DNA of 55,698 nt, counting the filler, from Platydemus manokwari (taxonomy: Eukaryota), in NCBI GenBank assembly GCA_037951405.1. It is 5 parts of 5 records of this genome, joined end to end, with 100 filler letters (N's around TTAATTAATTAA, not from the genome) between each part and the next. Parts side by side here need not be neighbours in the genome. Positions count along the whole stretch, not along the records: positions 1 to 10,285 come from JBBMOY011149104.1; positions 10,386 to 20,481 come from JBBMOY011170100.1; 3 more parts are not named here. One strand, written 5' to 3'. A model generated the notes under the pieces. The model had not been told where the DNA came from. It saw only the letters and a list, made by a program, of their open reading frames with translations, and made no database searches. The position numbers and the translations under genes were made by a program. Of this stretch, positions 1 through 11,843 are shown in pieces. Numbering within the stretch: the stretch's first letter is position 1; each line of letters opens with the position of its first letter.

Positions 1-99
1 TAATTGCTGTAATAGATTATAATCTATTACAGCAATTACTGGGTTAACTATATTCTTACTCTACTTTGAAAAATTTTATAATTATAAAAGGATTTTTTG

Positions 100-660
100 A
101 TAAATAGACCATAATAATAAACGAAATACTGGGGAGATTTTTCAAAAGTCGATATTGCCGGGTTGTTATTAAAATCCGAAGTTGAGTAATCCGATGATAA
201 ATAAAATGAATGACATATTTTTTTTCGTTTTCTGTGGTTTTTGATACTTACCATGGCTTTGGAATCGATGAATAATTAAATGACAAAAATTTTTGATCAT
301 GAGTTGAGGTTTCTCTCCTAGGGCAGACCGGAACCCGAAGTCATGGATAATAATTGAAATATACCGAGATAATAATAGAGAAATAGACCGATAAGTAATG
401 CTCGTCTGTCCAATCTTCCCCCAGAGAGTCATCGAGTGATGATACTGAATTGAAATTTCATGTAAAAAGTTATAGAGATATTTACGTCGAGATAGTCCGA
501 GCGACTCTCCCCGGGGTCGGACCAGAGCCAAGACACTTGAGAGAAATTGATAATAATAATAGACCATAATAGAGAGAATAGACCGAATAAAGGCTCGTTT
601 TTGACCAGTCCTTCCCCCGAGAGTCCTCGAAATGCTAATTCTAAATAAAAACGCAAAGTA
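100..660. repeat. LTR/UTR-like retroelement sequence with recurrent AATAGACC motifs
   Basis: Higher GC than flanks; the AATAGACC(G/A) motif recurs at ~103, 381, 557 and 576; it abuts a Gypsy pol fragment; no credible ORF. Confidence 0.3.
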
Positions 661-699
661 AAATTATACAAAGGTATTTTACGACAGGTATGCATTGCG

Positions 700-1833
700 T
701 GAAATCCAAATGCAATGATACGTACATTCCTTTGGTTATCTGCGCCTGTTGTGTAGAAATTTGCATCAGTATTTAGGATGAACCCTTTAATTTAATCCTA
801 GAACGACAAGATTGGTGCTTCTCTCAGAGATTCTTTAATTTCTTCGGATGCCATACTTCATACGTAATTTCATATCAGTTTTTGTTCTTTTTCCCACATG
901 ATTCCATAAGTGATCTTTATTTCTTCGAGTTTTCCTTTATAAATATTCTGTAATATCTGCAAATTTCAATAAAGCTTCTTAGGTTCTTTATACATTTTTG
1001 TTTTTCATATTTTTTTATTGGTTCCTTCTTACTTGGGTCTTTCTTAATATCTTCTTTATTTACAATATCCCCTAGGAACTTGATTTCTTTTTTAGGTCTT
1101 TTACATTTTTCTGTATTAATGCGTAGTCCTGCATCTCCTATTTTTATTACTTTTTAAAGTTTTTCCTATTGCTGCTGCGATCATAGAAGGCATACGTGTG
1201 AAACAATATTGCTTTTGTTTCGTTGTAACGCATTTTTCCTTGTGATTCTTTGTTAAGCAACACCTGATGATAAGCGTTTCCCAAATATACCGACCTGAAG
1301 TACTTAGACCCGTGAAGTGTGTTTAATAGTTCTTCAATGTTGGGCATGGGAAACGTTGGTCTCTCTGATATAAAGTTTAGTTGTCGAAAACCAGGCACAA
1401 TCTGATATCCTTTCTACCTTTTTCCATATAAAAACATATGGAATATTCCACGATGAATTGCACCTTCTTATAATGTTGTTTCCCTTAAATTCGTGATTAC
1501 TTCTTCTATCTTTTCTTCTATATTTAGTGGTTGTCTTCGTGGGATGAGGTTTTTTTATTTATCCGTTTGTTACAACCGTATGTTTCACTAACATTGTACA
1601 ACCAATATCCCAATGATTTACTTTGAATACATTACTATTCGTTTTTATTATTTTCCATAAACGAGATCCTTCTTTCAAAGAAAGACATTCTTTTGTCTCG
1701 TTGAATGTATTTTCACCTGTTATACTTCTAACAAATCTTGGTGTTATCTACCAGATGGTGCTGTTTAGTTTTGTATATTTGTGTTCATGGTTCTTTTTCC
1801 ATTGTAAATCTAATCTTTGATTTCATGTGCTCA
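700..1833 (-). mobile_element. Decayed Ty3/Gypsy pol fragment (protease-RT linker, RT, start of tether)
   Basis: ORF 1147-1398 reads FRQLNFISERPTFPMPNIEELLNTLHGSKYF..LGNAYHQV, the RT N-terminal motifs. The NHWDIGCTMLVKH segment at ~1580-1620 is shared with the element at 30147-30545. Many frameshifts. Confidence 0.88.
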
Positions 1834-1923
1834 GCTATTATGAATGATATCACATTGGGTTCACCATCACCTTGATTTTTATTAAAAAATTACCTATTTT
1901 AACTATTAACTATTACCTAACAA

Positions 1924-3560
1924 ATGACTAACAAAGTAACTACCTTTAGGTTAACTAACCACCATTTTTCTAGGGCTAGTCAACACGGTCAACGGCATAT
2001 GGCACTCTCGAGGACGAAAATGGAACGGTTGACTATGCCCTCTGGACTAAGTCTCACTTTAGAGAGGAATTTCTGCAAATCCGGAATTACCTCTACCATT
2101 TACAGCAAAAAATGTTGCACCTGGAAAGCAACTTTCAGACCATTTTTGATGGATTATTGATCACTCTGACCAGAATGGATTGAATCAATTTGGATTCTAT
2201 ACCGGGGGATTCTCTCACAAACCTCGAGCTAATGGAGAGTCGGCCAAACCCAACTATGGTTTTGACCAATCTCACTTAACAAAAAATTATAAAACACAAG
2301 AAATGACCGATGCGGTCCTCCTCGATGGACAACACCAAAAAAAGCTACTGGACCAAAACATTTCGCTTTGGCAATGAAATAACGGAACAAAATAACGATA
2401 TGCAAACACGATTACATCACAATGTCCAAGCAGAACTAACTTTTATCGAGGACCCCAAAAATGTGTCCAAATTTTACAAAAAATCAATCGATGCTCCTCT
2501 GCAACGGATTTTAATGGAAATCAAGCTAGACCATCTAAATCTTCGTATTCTAACAACATTGAATCAAGTAATACCTACTACTGGGCACCCGAAAATACAC
2601 CATCTGCTCAAAATTGGAAAAATCAACAAACAAAAATTCTAAAATCAAAATCTTCTCAAACAAGCTTTACCAACAAATGGACATCACTGGCTGATCCACC
2701 GCAAGACGCATCCAGCAAGAAACTTAACTTCAGGAATAAAAACACAACGGAATAACTCATCAACAAACCAAACTATATCTTACTCGACCAGTCAAACTCA
2801 ACAACGAAAACAGGCTGTAATGTGGTCAACGATAAAAAAGTGGAAGTAACCTCTCATATTTCTCCGAACTTCTCAACTTTATCGGGTCAATTACCTGTCA
2901 GTGTGAAACATGCCAAAAATTTGAGAATGATTACAAAAACAAATTCTCATCAGAACTGATTACCTCCAAAGGCAAAAACTGTTCTAAAGAACGAAGGACC
3001 TACAAGAAACACAAAAAGATAAACTCAATGCTGAATAACCTCAACTGTAAATGTAACCATTGCCTCATCAATTACAAGAAAATATTCCAGAATCTGAAAT
3101 GTTTCAAGAAACCGAATAACGAAAAAATTTGCAAAAACAACAAAAAGCACAGCCCGGAAAATCGAATAGCATACAATTCAATAGCATACAATACATCAGA
3201 TTGGAATGTGAAGATTGTACAAACTCTTTCAAAACAGATGTATGCCCAATAATAACCATTGTTACACTCAGCAAACTACCAAAAAATGAATTCATATAAG
3301 AAAACCCAACTTCGAAAGAAGCGACAGAACAAATTTCCAAAATTAAATTAGAACCAGCAATAGAAGATCTTCCACATCAACTTATGCACATCTACTGGTA
3401 TGCTCCTGCAAACACTGCTACCAGACTGCGATGGGCAAAATCAAAGATGTATCACATACCATTTCAATGTTTATAATCGGAGAAAGCTATCAGACTTACT
3501 ACATGATTCCATTGCCATGCACTTTTACATGAATGAGCGAAAATAAAGAAACAAGGAAGA
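1924..3560 (+). pseudogene. Fragmented ORF of unknown function, probably retroelement-borne
   Basis: Chain of broken + strand ORFs with A/C-rich coding-like composition; Cys clusters CKCNHC (~3046) and CSCKHC (~3400); lies between retroelement pieces. Confidence 0.35.
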
Positions 3561-3719
3561 TTAGTTCACTGCTTCTCAGCCAGCCATCCTTCGCAGAAAC
3601 CGCTCAAAAATTTCCACCGGAGGTTTAAATTTTTGCATTACAAACCAGAAACAATTTTCTTCTGCTCAATTACAGCCCATATTTCATGCCGAGGACTTTG
3701 TGTAAGCCCATTATTTTAC

Positions 3720-4061
3720 TGTAACCACTAGCTCGTAGTGCGTTTGCCGATAATTATTCAAAGTCATTGCTAGAAGATTGCTCGGCAACAGTATATGCAT
3801 TTGCCATTACCAAGTAGTAAGTTCGATTGTTATATAAAAAACTGATTAGTATCTATAGTAGTTATCGTTTTTTATTCGACTATGGAGCTGTGCTCACAAA
3901 ACACTCTGAAGAAAGGTAACCTGGTTTTACTCCAAGAGTTGGATGTATTAAGTCTCTTTTTGGTCTGGAATTGTAGGCCAGCCTTAAACCAATTTTTATT
4001 AGTTGTATAGTGTAGTGTTAAATTGTATTTTGTTGTTATTTAATAAACGTTTAGCGTAACA
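3720..4061 (+). repeat. LTR-like segment
   Basis: Starts TGTAAC, has TATATAAA at ~3831 and AATAAA at ~4042, ends GTAACA; no target-site duplication found. Confidence 0.4.
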
Positions 4062-4114
4062 GGAGTTAAGTTATTGATCAAGGATTGTATAATTTTCGAT
4101 AAATTTTCGATAAA

Positions 4115-6480
4115 TTGAATAGAGCAAAATATTACACTAAATTAGATCTGAATAAGGGATTTAATCAAGTTAAAATGAAAGAAGATAACATAGAAAAAAC
4201 AGCGTTTTGTCTTGGAAAAGGATTATACGAGTATGTAAAAATGCCTTTTGGCTTAACAGGAGCTCCGCCAACATTTCAACATTTAACGAATACAGTTTTG
4301 ACAGACTTACCAAATACAATGGTTTACATATATGACATATTAGTGTATTCGCTAACATTCGAAGAACATTTAATAGATATAGGAAGAGTGTTTTTTCGAT
4401 TAAAGAAAGCAGGATTAAAAATTAAACCCACTAAATGTGAATGGGTTTGGCCCGAGGTAGCGTTTCTAGGACATATAATATCATCAAGGGGAATATCACC
4501 TGATCCAACTAAAATTGAGAAAGTAGAAAATTTTCCAGCACCAACAACGATAAATGAAGCTGAAACATTCTTAAGAATGGCGGGTTATTATAGGAGATTT
4601 CAAGAAAAATATGCACAAACAGCAATGCCAATATAATGCTATACAAAAAGCAACAGCTGAATATAAGAAAAAATATGGACAACAACATAAGTTAGATAAA
4701 ACACCTGGTAGAGGAAAAAGAATTAAAGGAGAGAGTAATATGAAGTTAGAATTGGAAGAGAAACAACAAGAAGCTTTCGAAGAATTAAAATATAATCTGA
4801 CACGTGCGTCAATATTAAAATATCCTGACATGTCTAAACCATTTATAGTAATGACAGATGCAAGCAATGAGACATTAAGAGCAGTATTGGGACAACAACA
4901 GTAAGGTCAATCTGATCATGTGATAGCATACGGTAACAGATCATTGAAAGGAGCTGAGAAAAATTACTTCACCATAGAAAAAAATGTTTAGCAATAATAT
5001 TCGCGCTAAAAGAGTTTCGAGAATATATTTACGGAACTGAGATCATACTTAAAACACATCATAAGCCATTAGAGAGTTTAATGAAACACCGTGATACCAG
5101 CAGCAGATTAATTAAATGGACACTAAAATTACAAGATCATAATATCAAAACAATATATAGTACTGGAAAATTTAATGCAAATGCAGATACAATGTCTAGA
5201 ATACCTGAAAAATCTGAAGGGAAATTATTAGAAATCAATACCATAAACACATTTGTAAGAACAATTAATGTTAAAACATACATACAAGAAATAGAAAGAG
5301 AACAAAAGGAAGATAGTGAGATAAGAAAAATAAAATAATTAATAGAGAGTAAAGGGAATTAAGTTGAATAAGGAAAGCATATTGACTTATAGTGAAGAAA
5401 ATTTCATTGTAGTATCCAAAACTCCAAGGGGACCATTATTAATTTCATATCATTATGGAGCTTTAGGAGGTCAAAAGAAAGACATATAGCAAATTAAAAG
5501 GCAAATATTATTGGAAAGATATGAAAAATGATGAAAATAAGTGATGTAAACAGTGTTCATTATGCCAAACTAGGACAAATACAGGGAAACTAAGAAAAGC
5601 ACCATTAAAACCACTACCACCGGTAGGAAGACCTATGGAAGTGTGTGCAATGGACGTAATTGGACCTTTACCAGAAACAGAAAAAGGAAACAAGTACATA
5701 ATAGTATTCTGCGATTACTTCACCTGAATGTCATTAGCGTTTCCGACCAAAAATCATAAAAGTGAAACAATAGCCAAATTAATAGTGAAAAAAATAATAT
5801 TTCAATATGCAGTACCTAGTAAATTACTAATAAATATAGGATAAGACTTTCTAAGTAACGTCATAAAAGAGGTCACTGAGTTGTTTAAAATAAAAAAAAA
5901 TCAATACATCCCTATATAGACCGCAAACAGATTGATTAGTTGAGCTATACAATCAGACACTCCAGAATATGTTGTCAAACTTTATTAATAAAAAGCAAAC
6001 TCATTGGGACGAGTATATTAAACTATGTACGTTCGCATATAATACAGCCATAAATGAAACAACGGAATATTCACCGTTTCACCTAATGTATATGAGAGAT
6101 ACGTATTTGCCAATAGACTTAGAATTCTTGCCACAAACATCATAATTAATGGATGAGATGTAACAACAATTAAAGAAAGATTAGGAGAGACTTACCAACA
6201 TGCTCAATTAAACTTAAAATTTAAGCAAGAACAATATAATGATTATCATGAGAAGAAAGCATATAATCATGGATTTAAGATAGGAGATAAGGTTAAAATA
6301 TATGCACCTGAAGTTAAAAAAGGAATTTTACCAAAGTTGCAAAGACCATATAAAGGACCCTATGAGGTAGTAATAGTAACAGATACAAATGTATTCATAA
6401 GAATGAAAAAGAATATAGACCCGTCAGTAGTACATGTAAATAGATATAAGAAAGCTGAAGAAGAACAGCCGTTAACTAGA
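4115..6480 (+). pseudogene. pol: Gypsy pol (RT, RNase H, integrase), frameshifted with stops
   Basis: ORFs 4115-4636, 4611-4904, 5081-5338 and 6337-6825 plus interrupted integrase-core frames. Confidence 0.92.
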
Positions 6481-6573
6481 AAAGAAATTTTAAGGAAACA
6501 ACCGACCCAAACTCAGAAATACGTGTTGAATATCAGCACTATAAGGAAAAGTGAAATTAAACAGGAACGTAAA

Positions 6574-8040
6574 ATGAAGTCACCTAAGAGAATAGAAAAA
6601 ATAATAATAGTTTCTCTAATAATCAGTTTAATGATTAAACCAGCTAAATGTTCCAATAAGACCGATAAAGCTAATAGCTCTGAGCCAGTTAATGAAGTAA
6701 AAATAACAGGAACTCCTAAAATCACATTACCAATCATAGTGGAAAGTATTACCACATCAAAAAGTATTCATAGTACACCAATATCAATTATGAAAGAAAG
6801 TATAAAATCCGTATGTGAAATATAAAGAGAATTCATTTTACCATACTTCATAACAATAGAAAATAATAGAGCCTTGATAAATTACCAACAAAAATGTACT
6901 TGAAGAAAATTAAGGAATTTAAAGCAAGTACAAGTTAAGAACGAAATAAATAGGATAAAATTTGCAATCAAGTGTCATCAAGGATATGGTGAGAAATGTA
7001 ACAAAGAGAAATTAGAAGAAATAAAAATAATAGAAAAATGGGAAGAGTTAATAAATTAAGAATGGAGAATTAATTTCATATTAATGATACAGTTAGTAAG
7101 TAGTAAACAAAAGACAATTGAAGTCTTAGGACATCTTAGAGTAATGATAAAAGATTCAAAGTCAGATAGAAATGAATGTAAATTTAAAGCACCAAAAGCA
7201 AAAAAAGGAAATAATATGAATATCATGGAAACCGCATACCAATAAGTTAACATATCATGTCACAGTATTAATGGAAATAGTGGCAAAAATAGGGATAAAC
7301 GGAGAAAAAGACATTAAATTAAACAACATTGTACCATCTAAAGCAATCATATCACCAACAATAGGAATTCATAATATATTGTTCACAGAATGTTACACCG
7401 ACCTATATACATCAAAATGTAATTGTTAAAAAAGCTTCAGATCTTGTACGACCAATAAGGATGAGTTAATAATTAACATCCAGGAATAGAAATCAACTAA
7501 GATAATAAATGACGAAAGTGAAATAGGAAATAGAAAGATGAAAGAAATAATGCATTATAGATAAAAAGTAGCAGAATGGAAAAGAAAAGATGAGAAAAGA
7601 CAACATCTGAAAATAAAAGGAAAAGCGATTCAGTGGAAAAATGAATTATAACTGATAAGAATAGAAAGAGATAAAATGATAAAAGACAGAATTAAATTAA
7701 TAGGAATTATCAAATAATGTGAACAACATATTAAGAACCTAAAATTAGCGTTAATAACCAGTCTATCCATAACACTCGTAGCAATGACAATAGCCATAAT
7801 AATAATGTATGTTAGAATAAGAAGAAATAATGATACTACAACACTAATAATATATAAAATGAGGATCTAGGGATAAGAGACTTAAAAGGTGCAATCACCG
7901 TCGAAGAAAAGATGAATATAAATCGTCATTTTCTAAGTAAAGACCTAAAAGAAATATATGCGGCAATTATAGAAAAAGAATGCAATTTGGCAATAGAAGT
8001 GATGAAATTGATGCCGTGGTCGACTTATATAAAAAATAGG
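6574..8040 (+). pseudogene. Decayed env-like membrane glycoprotein ORF
   Basis: Signal-peptide-like MKSPKRIEKIIIVSLIISLMIKPAKC at 6574; N-glycosylation sequons NKT and NSS; scattered Cys; TM helix KLALITSLSITLVAMTIAIIIMYVRIRR at 7742-7825; lies between integrase and PPT. Confidence 0.6.
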
Positions 8041-10285
8041 GATGAACTGGCGAGATAGAGAAGATGATAACGAGGAAACAAGATGGAAGAGAAAAATTCA
8101 GATAGAAGAACAAGGCATGCAATGGAGGAATGTTAATAATAATTATCACTAAAATCAAAGCGACATCCGCTAAGATAACTATAAAAGCGAGATCTTTGGA
8201 TACTGAAATACTTATAAATTTTTATGTTAAATACGATCGTTGAACAAGCTACAACACATGCTAACTTATTGTGATTTTTATTATTGTTACACTCTTCCGT
8301 ATCGGTTGTTGCTATTTTTAACAAATAAAATCTTTTCAAAAACTAAATATTCCAAGAAATGTTTACGGACACACCACTGAATGCTAAGAAAACTTAGTAT
8401 AAATCAAAAGCCTAAATGGAGATTCTTACCTATACGGTCTAGAACAATAATATAGTAAGAATTATGTTTATGATTTTAATTTTATGCAACTCCACATTTT
8501 TGAAGAAACCGTTAAGAGTTTATTACGTTCGAGTCTTATTGATTTTATCATTTTAATCAGTCTCTATGAGCTCTTGATTAAGGCCATAGATGTAATCTGC
8601 ATACTTAGTTTAATCTCACCTGGCACAACCTAATAGCGTAAGGAAAATAAGTGTGGCAACAGTGATATATCTCAACTATCATTCTCAATTAATGCAAGCT
8701 TTTTTAAATTCCTAATTATGCCAACACCAATGATAATGAGCAAGGATTTATGATCCCTATTTAATCAATAACCAATTACCAAAAGCAATTTGAGACATAG
8801 CACAATAATAAGATAAAGAAATTTTTTATAATAAATATCGGTAGTTTATACAAATGTATCTTACAGTTGGGTCTTCCAATAAAATACTGGCCACATAGGG
8901 AATGCTGATCTTTGACATTGGATGGTCTTTTCCCGAGCTGTTCTTGAATGCAAAGTAATGTCCCCTATTCTCAGATATAACAATCAATCTAACGTGTAAC
9001 AGTATCTTCAATAATATGTTAAAATGGCATTGATAATAGTGACTGATGCCTTATATAGGCAGTGATAAGTCATTCGCAGATATTCTCTACGATTAAATTT
9101 AATGCCAATACGTTTATTGTTGTCAGGTTAGAATTTATTTATCGTCGAGTAAAATATACTCTCTGATTAAATTTAATAGACTGAATATTTTATACAGTGC
9201 ATATATTTACTGTGTGCGAGAATAAGTCATGAGTTGTTATTTTATGATTTATTTTATTATTTAGGGAATTTTAATGGACTTGTTCTAGGTGGTTTAATTG
9301 ATATTTGATATCTAAGATTTTTGTAATTATTTTATAAAAAAGTGACTTCAAAATTACTGAGAAGTGCCAGGAAGAAGGTACTTGTGTTTTCTCTCAAAAT
9401 AAGTATATTAATATCTACTTAAAAGATTGGATACATAGATCCCAAACCTGTCGATGTTGTAATGAAATGAAGATTTGATTCAAATCAAATAAATCGTACA
9501 GGTGAAGGTGCCACAAATAAATAAGTTTCGGAATTCAAATAGTGACTTGGTTCAACAATTCAGCCTTGTCCCTTTTCGACATTCTGAATAAAGTATTTTT
9601 GGTGCAAGAGGCTCACACAAAAATATTATATTTACAAAATAATATCCATTAGTAAACTAACAATCAACAAATATTGACAATTTATATTAAAATAAAACCA
9701 ACAATTTAAAATTCTTTATTGAGATACAAAATTTGTAGATTTCTCGCCAATGAAGAAATATTTTGGCACAGCAATATAATTGAAGGCCTAAACATCGACG
9801 CAGGAATTGTGGAGGAATTTTTTGAAAGTGCCAAATATAGTAGCGGGCATAGAAGACATGGTTTTTGATTGTTAGAGTTGATTTTTATGTAAATTGAATT
9901 TTATGTAAAAATTTCATTTAAATATGATTACGAATAAATTTTAATATCAAATAACTCACGAAAAAACATTACTTTAAAATTCCGTCAATGGACACTTTTC
10001 TTAACTTAAGCCTATTATTTTAGATATTTATAGATAATAATTATTATAAATACCAATAAATTATTTTATAAATACTATTTTAAACTGATTTCAATCAAGT
10101 GAAATGTCAAGACATAAAAAATAAACATAAATATTATAAATAAAATACAATTTAATGTTTTAACTAATCAACATTTTTAACAAAATTATAATCAATAAAT
10201 TAGACATTTGTCATTTTTATCTATCATGGTTCAGTGAATTTTTATCTCAAGTGGTTAACCAAGTAATCAAGAACTAATTAGGTAA

Positions 10286-10385
10286 NNNNNNNNNNNNNNN
10301 NNNNNNNNNNNNNNNNNNNNNNNNNNNNNTTAATTAATTAANNNNNNNNNNNNNNNNNNNNNNNNNNNNNNNNNNNNNNNNNNNN
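10286..10385. other. Assembly gap with artificial TTAATTAATTAA linker
   Basis: 44 N + TTAATTAATTAA (stops in all six frames) + 44 N; identical at all four gaps. Confidence 0.98.
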
Positions 10386-10474
10386 TGCAGTAGTTTAATG
10401 CGAATATTTTTCGCATCAGTAATTTTTGAACATTCTCTGGGACTTATATATCTCCGCAGTATAGAAAGGGTTAA
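10386..10474. mobile_element. Possible piggyBac-type element end
   Basis: Ends ...GCAGTATAGAAAGGG followed by TTAA, the piggyBac terminus and target motif; the rest is lost in the gap. Confidence 0.4.
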
Positions 10475-10483
10475 TATTTGTAA

Positions 10484-11308
10484 TGTCATGAGAGAAATGG
10501 ATTCATTAGTCTGCTGTTGAATCTACAGAAAGTGCTTTGAGAATATACCAACATAATATTTTGGAACCCTAAAAGATCAATGACAGCCTTCAGTAAACTT
10601 TTGATTCTTCATTTTGTAAAAAAAAATAACGAATGAGCTCCCTTAAGCTGTCAGCCAAGGTTTCCCTGGTGCCTGTGATGGGCAGCCAGAGCGTATAAAC
10701 TTTTCTTTTGTTATTTAAATCTTATTTATGTGCTTGTATTACATTGTTCATATAATCTATTTTAAACATTAATTTTTGCTTGTGTTGAGTGAGACTAAAT
10801 CTTGCAAAAGAAAATCGGATTTGCATCTCGGAACTCTTGTTTAAGCACTTTAAACATTTGCATGCCTACGCGATCATACAAGGATAACACTCAACCAATT
10901 ACAGCGGAGTCAGATGGAAAAAGACAAGTGGAAAAAGGGATTGACCAATCTCACACATGCAAGAACCAATAAGTCCAACAGAAACAGAAAAGTAAAGATC
11001 GAATCAAAATGTGATACAAACTTGACTCAAATAATTACATACATATTTCGAGTACAAATACCGATGTAAAGATCGCCAACTACCATTTGGAAGCGAATTT
11101 TTGGTTACGTGTCGAGACATTGTATAGAACGCATGTAGTTTGAAGTGAAGTTTCTATTGTAAATGTGTAATACCTTTGATTTCTGGAGTCAGTAATAATT
11201 GGGTTATTCAGAATCAGATCCCAGCACTTGTTTGGACCTTGTGTTTCCGATCAAACTTTCGAGAAAATAATACATCTAATAAAAATACGTTTTAAGGTTA
11301 CCATGACA
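10484..11308. repeat. LTR-like segment
   Basis: Bounded by inverted TGTCATG...CATGACA; repeated CCAAT boxes at ~10895-10970; higher GC; no clear TSD. Confidence 0.35.
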
Positions 11309-11843
11309 ACATTTGCACTGTTGCTTCATGAATTGGATTCCAAATTTTTAATAGAGAGCATTTTGTTTTTCATATACAAATTTTAAAATGTGATGTATAA
11401 ATTTTTTGAAACAAAATCAACAATTCAGTTCTTTATGAGATTACTTATAATTATAACATCTCATACTTTGATCATCTATCCAGAAATTTTCAACTATTAA
11501 TTGCACATCTTTTTATAAAAAGTTAATAAACCTTTTCATCGTTAGTATGTAAATTAATATCAAACGAATACAAATTTCTTAAACCTTTCTACTTTAGAAA
11601 ATGAAAATTTCGATTGATTTCATACAAACGCGAAATTTGATTCTAAAACACCATAGCAACTAGATTATTGTAACATTCTTAAGTCTAATATTTTTATGTG
11701 CAAGTTGATCGTTTATTCTGATATTCATTAATCATTGCCTTGACTCATTTCCTAATTGGCTCTATTGGCAGTATTTTTGGAAAATATAAAACGATTGTCT
11801 TTCAGTATCAGTTGACTAAAAATAAATTCAAAATTCTATTTCG

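Larger units (their letters stand above)
4075..8291 (+). mobile_element. 5'-truncated Ty3/Gypsy LTR retrotransposon: RT-RNaseH-integrase, env-like ORF, PPT, 3' LTR start
   Basis: RT LDLNKGFNQV..KTAF..MPFGL..YIYDILV (mutated YIDD); RNase H FIVMTDAS; integrase PLKPLPPVGRPMEVCAMDVIGPLPET..GNKYIIVFCDYFT (~5600-5725); GPY/F tail YKGPYEV..VHVNRYK; purine tract GGAGGAA then TGTT at 8131. The RT-RH-IN order is Gypsy. Confidence 0.93.

Noticed and set aside
169-695. Overlapping minus-strand ORFs of 132 and 88 aa
   Set aside because: Fall in LTR-like repeat sequence with no protein features.
10330-10341. TTAATTAATTAA palindrome recurring four times
   Set aside because: Always centred in identical 44N-12-44N blocks; an artificial scaffolding linker.
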